DNA of 64,000 bases from Leucoraja ocellata (lineage: Eukaryota): assembly GCA_036785375.1 (NCBI GenBank), contig JAWMAR010000061.1, positions 9,176,001 to 9,240,000 of the forward strand, written 5' to 3'. Shown piece by piece: positions 1-11,300 of this stretch. The notes under the pieces are model-generated. The model did not search any database. It saw nothing but the letters and a program-made list of their open reading frames with translations, and had not been told where the DNA came from. Each line of letters begins with the position of its first letter. Position 1 is the first letter of the stretch. A program made the position numbers and the translations under genes.

Positions 1-190
1 TGGAGGCTGGCTTCCCATACAGGCAAACACAAACGCAGAATAGAGCGGAAAAATACAAAACCAATAACCATTTGCACATGGGAACCTCGAGAAGCTGAAC
101 AGAGTGGGGTTGACACAGCCATAGTAGGCAGAAGGGCCCGTTCCTTTGATCTATCTACCAGATTCCTCTATTGTTACATCGGTTGTTTAC

Positions 191-348
191 CGTGCATTGT
201 ACGCCTGGCTTGACTGTGCAGTTGAACGAAACCTCCTTTCCGTAGACACAATTAGAATGCAGCGAGCAGTCGACACAGTCGGGCGGCAGCCTGTTGCACG
301 GCCCGGCGCTCGGGCATCTCGCCAGGTAGGGTGGCATCGTGGTTGGCG
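191..348 (-). CDS. TM2D3: TM2D3 exon 3 (Cys-rich ectodomain)
   Basis: Poly-C acceptor, encodes PPYLARCPSAGPCNRLPPDCVDC...CVYGK...FNCTVKPGVQCT, donor GTAAAC. Confidence 0.92.
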
Positions 349-773
349 CTGGGGGGGGGGGGGGGAGGGGGAGAGAGAGATGGTGATTGCAGGGAGACCG
401 GCGGCACGGCGAACGTGGAGCTCCACACACACCGCGCTTACTTACCGACTTCGGGCTGGGCGCGGGTGCTGTCCAGGCCGCCGGCGGCGGGCATGCTGGT
501 GCCCCGGGACTGGAGCAGGCCATCGGGGGCGCCGGTGCTCGGAGACTCTGTGGACAAGAAGCAAAGGGGTTAGGCCCAACGCATCGCCCCGACCGGGCTC
601 AGGTTCTCCACAGCGGGCAGGGCCCGGATCCCCGGCCCGCACTCACCTCCCGCTCCCATCAGGAGCAGGAGCAGCCCCGGCCCGGCCCCGCACTCACCGC
701 TGCCCGCTCCCAGTGCCGCCGCCGCCGCCAGCGCCAGCAGCAGCAGGCGCTCCAGAAGCTTCCTCGCCGCCAT
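191..773 (-). CDS. TM2D3: TM2 domain-containing protein 3, 5' part (exons 1-3: 773-698, 547-446, 348-191); gene continues off the left edge
   Basis: Spliced translation MAARKLLERLLLLALAAAAALGAGS|ESPSTGAPDG...QPEV|APTTMPPYLARCPSAGPCNRLPPDCVDCSLHSNCVYGKEVSFNCTVKPGVQCT gives a signal peptide plus the Cys-rich ectodomain typical of TM2D3. All introns are GT-AG with consistent phases (1,1,0). Adjacent to TARS3 as in other vertebrates. Confidence 0.9.
446..547 (-). CDS. TM2D3: TM2D3 exon 2
   Basis: Acceptor cttcttgtccacAG, donor G|GTAAGT, 102 nt, phase 1-1, open frame. Confidence 0.75.
698..773 (-). CDS. TM2D3: TM2D3 exon 1 (signal peptide)
   Basis: ATG at 773-771 in GCAATGG context, hydrophobic L/A run, donor G|GTGAGT at 697. 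Confidence 0.85.
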
Positions 774-781
774 TGCATCTG

Positions 782-870
782 CCCCGCCCAATGAGGGGCA
801 ACCGAGACCGGCCAATCACACCGCAGAGAAAGTGGGCCAATCACAGCCCGCGCGGAAAGCCACCAATCAG
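782..870 (-). promoter_or_regulatory. TM2D3 CpG-island promoter: GC box plus four CCAAT (NF-Y) boxes
   Basis: CCCCGCCC at 782-789; CCAAT on + strand at 788, 812, 837, 863; immediately upstream of the ATG in a CpG-rich island (~270-880). Confidence 0.7.
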
Positions 871-903
871 CGGCGAGTGGAAATAAAGGCTGCAGATGCT
901 GCA

Positions 904-947
904 ATGCTGAGCAAAGATCCTATAGCAATAGGATCTTTGATGCTGAG
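904..947. mobile_element. Collapsed MITE / hAT-like remnant: 12-bp inverted repeats with 8-bp target-site duplication
   Basis: atgctgag|CAAAGATCCTAT agca ATAGGATCTTTG|atgctgag. Confidence 0.6.
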
Positions 948-1040
948 CGAAAGCACAAGTGGTTCATCACACAACAGAGAGAGATATATATAGAGGCACA
1001 TATAGTGTGGAATAAGACCCTTCGGCCCAACCTGCCCACA

Positions 1041-1259
1041 CCTCCACACACTGTGTAGGAAGGAACTGCAGATGCTGGTTTAAGCCAAAGATAGACCCAA
1101 ATTGGGACAGGCGGCAACTCTGGAGATGAATGGGTGATGTTTCAGGCAGAGACTGAAGAAGGGGCTCAACCCGAAACATCACCTATTCCTTTTCTCCAGA
1201 GATGCTGCCTGTCCGGCTGAGTTACTCCAGCATTTTGTGTCTATCCCCTCCACACACTG
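1041..1259. mobile_element. Penelope-derived fold-back element with 13-bp flanking direct repeat
   Basis: tgtaggaaggaactgcagatgctgg...ctgaagaaggggctcaacccgaaacatc...ttactccagcattttgtgtctatc, flanked by cctccacacactg at 1041-1053 and 1247-1259. Confidence 0.7.
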
Positions 1260-1984
1260 CCCACTGAGACCTACAGATGCCCGTTCCCCATCACACACGC
1301 TGCCGTGGTTAGGCCATATTTGGAGTATTATGTGCACTTCTGGACTGAAAGGAACAAAGTATAACATTTTTAAAGGGTGGAGAAGATGTTCAACAGGATG
1401 TTGCATGGATTGGAAGGAAAGTTATAAAGAGTTTGGACTTTTATAAGGAGTGTCAGTAATTGATGAGAGACCGGACAAAAGCATATACAATTATGAAATG
1501 CATAGACAGGGTACACAAAGACTTTTCCCCAGGGCAGAACTGTCAAATACTTAAGGACATAGATTGAAGATGTGGTGGGGAAAGTTTAAAGGAGATTTGC
1601 AAGGTCAGTTTCTTTTTAAACAGAGAGTAGTAAGAATTCATTTCACTTGCACTTTATGTGCAATGTGACGAATAAAACCGTATTGTATTGTAACCTGAAA
1701 CGCACTGTCTATGGGGGTGGTAGAAGCATATATGTCTAAGAGGCATTTAGACAGGCATATAAACAGACAAGGAATAAGAATATGGGCAATGTCCAAGCAT
1801 ATGCAATTAGTTAGATTGGCATCATGGTAGACACGGACATGGTGTGTTGACGGACCTGTCCTTGCACTGAATTGCTGCTGTAATTCTACTGAATATTAGC
1901 AGAACAAATTCGCACGAATAGTCAACTGCCAGAAAAATGCACAGAATCAACAATATTTTGAATAAATCAACAATCTAATTTTGG

Positions 1985-2092
1985 TTTATTTTTATTGTAG
2001 TGTTACTTCCTCATTGAATTTCACATCAATTCCTCGATTACATTCCAGCCCAGAACATCAAGGTTGCAATTCCAATTAATGAGTAATTTATT
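1985..2092 (-). terminator. Candidate TARS3 polyadenylation signals (AATAAA on minus strand)
   Basis: TTTATT on + strand at 1985-1990, 1991-1996 and 2087-2092, just downstream of the TARS3 stop at 2137. Confidence 0.5.
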
Positions 2093-2136
2093 TTAATGAT
2101 TCTGAATGCTTCCATGGTGCTATAATTCTCAGTACA

Positions 2137-2321
2137 TCACGGTTTTGGATCCGCCTGACCACAGACTGAAAGTTGGAAATCCTCCTGGGCCCTCGGAGCT
2201 CGTTGCTGCTGCAGCCACCTCAACTGCTCCAGCGTTGTTGCCAGCGACTGCTCGACATGTTCTTTGTTATCTCTCATACGGACATTCACTGTGTGATTCA
2301 CCTTCTCCTTCTCTCCGACCG
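2137..2321 (-). CDS. TARS3: TARS3 last coding exon
   Basis: [60 protein letters not shown]. Confidence 0.9.
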
Positions 2322-5300
2322 CTGCAAGCAAAAGAATTGCCATAAAAATGGACCCATCTTTAGTACAACTCACCAACATGGAACAAAAACTTCAGCAAAC
2401 TTGCGCAGTGTAAACATAAAAGACACACACGGTCAACAATGCCCACTCCTGTTGTTGTGGATGGGAATATTCAAATCCTCTACTACCCTCAGCCCTGTTT
2501 TACCTTCTCCCAGTATCTTCTGTGTGGGTCCATGTGGCTGGCACGATGCCTCTGTCCCTCTGCTCTGCTATCTCTAGACTGAGGGCACTTGCCATCCACC
2601 TCACCACCCTGCAAGCACATCTCCAAAGTAGGGAAGCCCACACTATACACCTGAAAGTTCCATGGTAGCACCAAATTGATTAACATTCATTTATCACAAT
2701 CAAGGTAGAAATTCAACTGTCTGGTCAAACCAGAAAAAATGCATCATGATGTCAGTCTTAGCTGGGAAAACGAGGAGTGATCATTCCACATCTTCTGAGG
2801 CAGTACCCAGGTCTGCCCCAATAGCTGCACCTGCCTGAATAAGGGCAATAGGGCCGTGGGGAGGGCAGGCTATCAAAACGAGATCTCAGAGCAGAGTGGT
2901 TTTGCCTACCGAGGATAAAGTTGTACTGAGCGAGCTGAGAATTCTTCTTCTTCTTATAAGGCACTGAGCCAGTGTCCAGGTCCACATCTGCCATGAAACC
3001 AGCCCCAGTCAGTTCCTGACAAACCTACAAGAAACGAGAGTCAGTATCTGTTGGCACAGGTGGCACACATCACCCAAGGAAGTTACAGCTTGTACTCACC
3101 CCCCTACCGTACTCCTCACAGCCTGGTCCAGCGACCACCAGGACCTGCCGCGGCGACAGCCAGAAAGGCCTAGATTTAAACAAGTAGAAATTGTTTAAAA
3201 TATCAAGCAAATCATTCAGTAATTAACAGTTTTTCCATTCTATTTTAAAACAGTTACAGAAAAAGATAAGACTGGTCCAACCAGTTCTAAACGTGGATAA
3301 ACACGATTTTAATGGTATTAGAAAAGGAAATTTCAGTAGGTAATTGGGGGAGGTTGTTTACAGGCAAGTGAAAGGCTTTCAAATATGAGATAAGTAGAGG
3401 TGTGCCACTATCCTGTTGTTCAGAAACTCTTCCAACACCTTACCCACCACTGATGTTAGGCTCACCGATCTGTAGTGCTCAGGCTTTTCCTTGCACTCAC
3501 ACACACCAGTCTTCAGACACCTAAAGCTGATGTATGCCTCCTTACTTTTTCTTGACCATAACCTCAATATCTCTTGTCTTCCATGGGTTCCCTATTCCAG
3601 CCATCCTTGCCTTTCACTCTACCTGAACATGCTAGCCCTGAACTCCCCCTATCTTTGTGCATGGGAAATCATGTCTCATGATTTGATTGGGATTTTTTTT
3701 TTTTTTTTAAAGAGGTAACCACGAAGATTGACACGATAATTTGTGGTATAGTGGACAGTGAAGGTGGTTATTTAAGATTACGATGGGATCTTTATCAACT
3801 GTGAGAAGATCGAGTTTAATTCAGATAAATGCAAGGTGTTGAAACCACACATGATCTACACAATAAATGGTAGGGACCTGGGAATGTTGTAGAACACAGA
3901 AGCCTGGGGACAGACACAAAATGCTGGAGTAACTCAACGGGACAGGCAACATCTCTGGATAGAATGGATGACGTTTCAGGTTCAGACCTTTCTCCATACT
4001 GAGATCTGAGACCCTTCATTCTGTAGGTCTCGACCCAAAATGTCACTCATTCCTTCTATCCAGTGATGTTACCTGTCCCGCTGCGTTACTCCAGCATTTT
4101 GTGACTATCTTCAGTGTAACCAGCATCTGCAGTTCCTTCCTACGCAGAGGCCTAGGGATGTAGGTACATGGTAAAGTGAAAGTAGCAACAAAGGTAGTCA
4201 GGGTGGTGAAGAAGGCATTCGGCATCTTTGTCTTCTATGGTGAGAGTATGAAGTACAGAAGTTGGGACGTCAAGTTACAGCTACATAAGACGTTGGTAAG
4301 CAACATTTGGAGTACTATGTACAGTTTTACATGCCCTGCCACAGGAAAGATGTCATTCAAGTGGAAAATATATAAAAGAGATATGAGGATGTTATGGTCT
4401 GGAAGATTTAATAGTTGGAATAGTCGGATAGGCTGAGCGTGATGTTGCAGAGGTTAATAAAATCATGAGGGGCATAGATAAGGTGAGTCTTTTCCCAGGG
4501 TAGGGGACCATTAAAAAAGCGGTCACTCATGTAGAGGCAACAACAAACCAGCCCTAATTTAGTCAGGAGGGGGGGGCGGAACATGCAAAAACAATTAAGA
4601 CAAAGGTCAATCTAGGGGCAGTGGGATAATCACAGACATATCGCCCGGGGAAAGCCTGTGAGACAGACGGTGTGAGGATAAATTTTTGGTTTAATCTCGA
4701 CGGCCCAGCTGTAGCAAGTTAACAAAGCCTGTGATATCTGTTCTGCCATTGATAAGTTCTTTATCAACGCTTTTTAGCGACTCTTCTTTCATTCAACACC
4801 CTGCTGTGCTCACATCTGATTTGCCCATCCTGATACAGGTAACAGAGCCCAATCCAACTGTGAAACTTCTCCAGGATTGATAAAGCACATAACCTTGGAC
4901 AGGATTCCCCACAGAGCCAATAACGCAGTGCCAGGGTGACCCAAGACTCAGTGGGGAAACTCACTTGCCCTGTGCTATTTGGCTTTGAAGCATTACCATT
5001 TCCCAGCATAGTCCTCAGCAAGGATAGCCACCATGCGTTCCAGCGATCCTAGCACAGCACGATGGATGATAACTGGGCGGTTCTCATCCGCTCCATCCTT
5101 GCTACAAACAGAAAGTTGAATCAGCAACATACGCACACAACACCAACCCTCCCATTCCATCTCTAGTGTTAGTGGTGAGTGGGAGCTGTCAGTACCCTGA
5201 TGTCATAGCACAACCCAAGCTAACTATGTAACACAAGCCTAGCATCCTGAAACCACTCTCACCTAACGTAGGTCAAATTAAACCGAATAGGAAGCTGGAA

Positions 5301-8300
5301 GTCCAACTGGATGGTGGCACACTGATGGTATATGCCCAGGGCATCCTTCACGTCAACATCAATCTGCAGTCAATTAGAGAAGATAAAAGTGTCTGGGAGA
5401 TTAAGATTGACAGCAGTCTCTCAAACCCCAAGTGCTTCCATCACTAACCTTCGGTCCGTAGAAAGCTCCATCTCCTGCACTCAGTCTCCAGGCCTCACCA
5501 AACGCATCCAAACTGCACTTCAAATGCTAAAACAGCAAAGAAACCAAGGCTCAGCTCCAACTGATGATGATTGCTTCGTTTACACAACTTTAAACTGGAA
5601 TAACCCTCATGCTTATTCAGGTCCAGATGCCATTCACTGGAAACCAATGTCTACCCTTTCCAGCAACCTGTCTGTGATCAACGCTCTCAGGTGACACAGC
5701 GTAGTCAGCCACTAAAGAAAGCTCTTTCTTTCTGGAACTTTCCTTTACATCATGAGATTTGACAGCTCCTAAATGGAGAATTTCAAATATTGGATGCCTG
5801 AAATTATGGATTATGAACCACTTGTTTTCCAGCAAGTCTCCTGGAACATCCAAGAACATCAGCCTGAACACTGTAGCCTCTTAGCCCAGTTATTACTTGC
5901 CTCTTCTGCTTGATTCCATGTGTTCGGGTCTCCTAAAAACATCTCTGGCCGCGTGGAGAGTTTCAGCTGGAAAGTGAAACCAAAGACTCCATATACCGAG
6001 CGCAAGAAGTCGAGGCAGCCCATGATCTCCTCCTCAATCTGGAAGAAGAGCAAATCTTTCAAGACATGTGAGTATCAACACCCACCAATTAAACATGTCT
6101 CTTACTCATGATTCCATAGAATAAAGGCCCATAGCTTTGCAAGCGTCAGCTTCCCTGAAGCTGTCCCAAAGCAACAGTGAGCACATCAACTCTGTTCAAT
6201 GTCAGTGTCCCAGAGTCAGCACCTTCAGGGACTGTAACCTAGGTAGAGTCACACCTTCAATATATAAATCACAACCAATGCAAATAACTGGTCCAATTTC
6301 TGTTCATGTTTAAGGTGCTACCATGGAGAAGAGACTAAGCAGGGAGACCAGGAAGCACCTCATCACCCACCTGCTCCATCATGCAAAAGATATGGCCATC
6401 ATCCTGTTCAAATCGCCTCACTCTGGTCAGCCCGTTTAACAACTCTGAAGGCTCTCTGCGGTGAAGAACGCCAAAGTCAGCGAACCGAAGAGGCAACTCT
6501 CGCCAGGAACGTGGGCGATGGCTAAACATCAAACTGAAAGAGTTACAGCAGACGATTATTTCAACATTCTTTACTAAACATGCAACAGAATGAGATAAAT
6601 TAATGCCACAGAAATCTAAAATTAAAAAGCTAAGACCCTCCTAATTGTGGGAAAACCCTATCTGCTTTGCTCAAGTTCTCATTGAAAGGAAATCTGTCAT
6701 TGTTATCCAATCTGAGAGTCCAGACATGACACAATACGGATCACTGCCAATAGCCCGCGGAAAGGACTTCACAAACAACTCAATTCAGGGTCAATCGTGA
6801 ATGGCTTTGTTAGCATTTCTAACCTCACCCGAAGAAATACACAAACTAAAAAAATAGATCTCCTAAGCCAACCTCTGCCTCCACCTTCACACAACCATGA
6901 CCCACACCTGAGCAAAGGGACCAGGTGAATGCAACTATCCCATAACAGTGAACAACTCTGACAAAGGATGTTGCTGGACAGTGATGAGACTTTGGCAGAG
7001 TTTCTTCGCCAAGCCGACAGTAACTGCAATGTCACCGCTACAGCCAAGGTTGGTTCCCCAAGCAGGACTGGGACCTTTGCATCAGCACACTTCACCGAGA
7101 GCAGGCACACATGTGCAGCAAACAATTAGGAAGGTAAATGGAATGTTAGCCTTTGTTTATGAGAAGATTCAAGCACAGGAGGAGAGATGTTAATTGGAAG
7201 AGCTCTGATGAGACTGCACATGTAAATTATATACAGGTTTGGTTTCCTTGCCTTATCACTGAGTGACTACAGCAAACATTCACCAAACTGGTTCCTGCCA
7301 TGGCATGTTTGTTAAATGAACAGACTAGGTCCGCATTCTCCACAGTTTATGAGAATGGGAGAAGACCTTGTTCAAACGTGCAAAATCACTTGGGCATCGA
7401 GAGTATGAATCCCAGTCTTGCTCATCATGCAGTCATGATTCTATGAGGATAATTACATCACACCCATTCACTTCAACGTGCCATTAACTCACTGCCTTGT
7501 TACAAATGCTTCAGCATTTAGATAAATAATAACTATTTTTGCCATTTGAACGTTATTCCACATTTTGACCATATTTGCCATTCTCAACACTTTGCATTTG
7601 ATTCATTGGGCGGTAACATTTTCAGCAACTCTAGGGCTTCCTGCACATTGCTGCATTGTTGCAAAGATCCACCGGGCTTTGAGGGAGGGCCCTGGATTCC
7701 TGCAGGTGAATGAAGGTCCGAGCTGTGTTTATCTGTGAAGCAGATTGGTAACAAACACCAGCTCACCCACACAACAGAATAGATCCTCACTCCAGTTGAC
7801 CCCGATAAATCACCTGAATATCAGCCTAGACATTTAAAATAATCAATTTTTCAATAACTGTTTTTGTGGTTCATATGTACCAGTGGCCAGGACAGTTCAT
7901 GGGCTTCAGCGCAAACATCTCCTTCTCCACATCAAAGCTGAACATGTTGTGGCTGCAGTGCTGCCAATGGCCGGACATCTCCCACAGACGTCTGCTGTAG
8001 ATATTTGGAGAGACCACTTCATTGAACCCACGCTTTCTGTTCTCCGACTGCAACAGGACAGACAAACAGTCAAACCTGACTTGCATCTCTTGTCTTCCAA
8101 GAAACAAAGGATTTCACCAGGTACTTCACAACCGATGAAGCTCTTTCTGAAGAATGGTGATAGAACAGAAAATGCTGACATTCAACAGGCCAAGCAGCAT
8201 CTGCAGAAAGGGAAGCAGAGCTAACATTTCAAGTCGAAGATTCTTTTTCATACGAGGGGTGTATGACCTGAGGTGCTTACTGCATTTATCTTTTTTCAGA

Positions 8301-11300
8301 AACGACCTGACCTGCTGGCCCTGCTGAATGTTTCCATATTGTTTTTGCTTTTATTTCTTAATAGTAACATTTGCTGCTTAAACAAGGAATGGGGCTGGCA
8401 GTTTACAAAAAGCGCGCACCCAAACGCAGTGATACTGAATGACCAGCTGGTCTTGTTGGTGGCAGTGGTCTAGGAACATTGGTGCAACCTCAAGGGCAAC
8501 TCCTCAATTTGTCCTTCAAACAATACCACGAGTCCTTATGCCACCAAATATTCAGCGTAACATCTGAAGGACATACATATGATCAAACCATACTTGCTAG
8601 GTGGTGCAATGAACTATCAGCCATGACTTTGTGCTCAGATTTCTGGAGTGGAACTTGAATCCACAGCCTTTGAAGCCAGTGACAGTATCGTCGAGGCACA
8701 TCTCATAAATACTAGCTCGCACCAGCGCAGCACCAATACTTGAGAGGAATTGGTCATCATTTTCCACCAAACCCCCAGCAGATGTTGCAAAACCAAGCAG
8801 ATTGCTGGTTCTTACTTGGGCCCAGGAAATGAGAGTCTGCAGTCTACTCCACTATCACAGCCCCTTCTTGTTCCCACAGAAACCTGTTGAGAACACATGG
8901 AAACAGTAATCCACCCAACTTCTCTCCTCCCCTCAGTCAATGGGATGTGACCTTAGCAACTAAATAGTGGAACCTGGGACCACCTTGATCCAGAAGCAAG
9001 ACAGCAATCACTGAGAGATTATGAGGTGTCTCATTGTTCATGAGTCCACCACTCTAGTATTTTGATGAATAAATCAGCGAATGGCTCTCCTACCTGTATG
9101 AATGACATCAGTGTGTTGTAAATGAAAGCACCTCTTGGGAGGAAGAAACAGCTCCCCGGGCTGAGCTCATGGAAGAAAAACAATTCCTGTTCCTGGAAAG
9201 CAAATAGAAGTTAAATCAATGAGAAACAATGTACATCACAAACCTTGCTTATTTTGATCCCACTGCCAAAGGAAATAGGCCCTTCCTATTTACTCCACCC
9301 ACGACCACAATTTGCACACCTTGATTAAGTCTTTCCACAGCCTTCACTGTTCCAACGGAGATAACCCTCCAATACGGGGCACAGGAAGCAGAGGGGACTA
9401 TAGGCAGCTGTTTCACAAAAGTGGCCATAGATTAGGTGAATAGCTATTTCCCCAAAGTAGGGGAGTTTAAAAATAGAGGCTTAAGGTGAGAGGAGAAGAT
9501 TTAAAAGGGAACCAAGGGGTCATTTTTTCACAGTGTGGGTACAAGGAACAAGCCACGATTGGAAGTAGTAGAGGTGGCTACAATTCTGATATTTAACACA
9601 CTTGGATAAATGTGTGGCGAGGAAAGAAATGGAGGGGTATAGGCTAGGCACAGGCAAGTGGGACTTGTTCGGTTAGGCAACTTGGTCAGCATGGTTACAT
9701 TCAGCAGGGCCTGTTTCTGTACTGTGTAGCTCAATGACTCATACAACACAATGTCCAGTATGTGTCTGGATCAAATTAATTGGAACTCTCTTCTCCTCAG
9801 TGGCTTTTGCATTGTCCAAGCTCTGCCCATGCAGTGGTTTTCTTTCACGATTTGCAAATCATTTTTAACCTTGAACATCAAACTGGAATTTAGAAGGATG
9901 AGAGGACATCTCATAGAAATATATAACATTTGACAGGCTAGATGCAGGAAAAATGTTCCCGATGTTGGGGGAGTCCAGAACCAGAAGTTATAGTTTAAGA
10001 ATAAGGGGTAGGCCATTTAGGACTGAGATGAGGAAAAACTTTTTCACCCAGAGAGTTGTGAATCTGTGGAATTCTCTGCCAAAGAAGGCAAGGGATGCCA
10101 ATTCACTGGATGTTTTCAAGAGAGTTAGATTTAGCTCTTAGGGCTAAGGGAAAAGGCAGGAACGGGGTACTGTTTTTAGATGATCAGCCATGATCATGTT
10201 GAATGGTGGTGCTGGCTCAAAGGGCTGAATGGCCTATTCCTGCACCTATTTTTCTATGTTTCTAACCACAGAAATGTTCCCATACCCGTCCAATGTTTCT
10301 GTGATCGAAGTTATTGGTTTCTTCTTGCTCTTTCTGCATATTGCTGTCAAGGAAAGCGGTTCCAGAAATTCTTTCCAATGTCTCCATGTTGGACTTGCCT
10401 TCCGAATAAATCGAGGAGTTCTTCAAATTTGTATATAAAAACACAATCATTTCAACTTTTAAAACAATATTATACGATTGAGATGAAAATCATTGAAACA
10501 TTCTCCCTGGTCTAAGAGTGGACAGCATAAGTTTTCTCTCCTTAAAAATTCTGAAAGCTTTAATTTGGTCACGATGCAATTAGTCAAGATACTTTCAGCA
10601 GTTCATCAACATATAGAAAATATTAGTTGTCATGCCAAATGTCTTTGCATTTCTAAGAATGTAGCGTTGCTGACATGCCTTCTTCATGATTATGTTTACA
10701 TGCTGGGCCTGGAACAGGTCATCTGAGATATTAACACCCCGGACATTAAAGCTGCTAATGCTCTCCATTGCCGACCAACCAATGAAAACTGAATATTCAT
10801 TGTCACCCCTTTGGAAGGAACCCTCAGACTGTTTAACCATGCTTGATGAGTGTAAGCATAATTCTGGTATCATCCTAAAAATATATATACACAGTCAACC
10901 CTCGTTATAACAGACCTTAAAGGATAGGTGGTGTCTGTTATTGACGATTGTGCACTATAACTTGGTAAAGGACTATTATTGTATAAATAGTAGAAACGCG
11001 CAACTAAAGTAGCTCCAGATGTTTGTGTAAAGCACATCTTAAGCATTATCGTCCCGTCAGTTATTTCCCTAAATACAATGTTGATTCCTAATGAGGCAAC
11101 CGGTTTTATCTTTCATCCATTTTAATATCACAGTTATGGTACAAGCGCCTGACCATTTTAGGTAGTAAATCAGTGGATTAGGATGACAGATGTCCTGTGG
11201 CAAACTGGATGAGGTTTTAGGATAATGCAATAACTTACGTCATTACACAATGTACTGTATTGGTCTCCTCATTTAAGGAAAGACGTTAATGTGTTGGAAG

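Noticed and set aside
146-886. 246-aa + strand ORF and other long ORFs over the TM2D3 CpG island
   Set aside because: GC-rich antisense shadows of TM2D3 exons with low-complexity P/A/G/R content and no recognisable domain
10595-10910. ORFs in TARS3 intron 1 as the missing TGS/editing exons
   Set aside because: No similarity to ThrRS N1/N2 motifs; sequence resembles a decayed Rex1-type LINE
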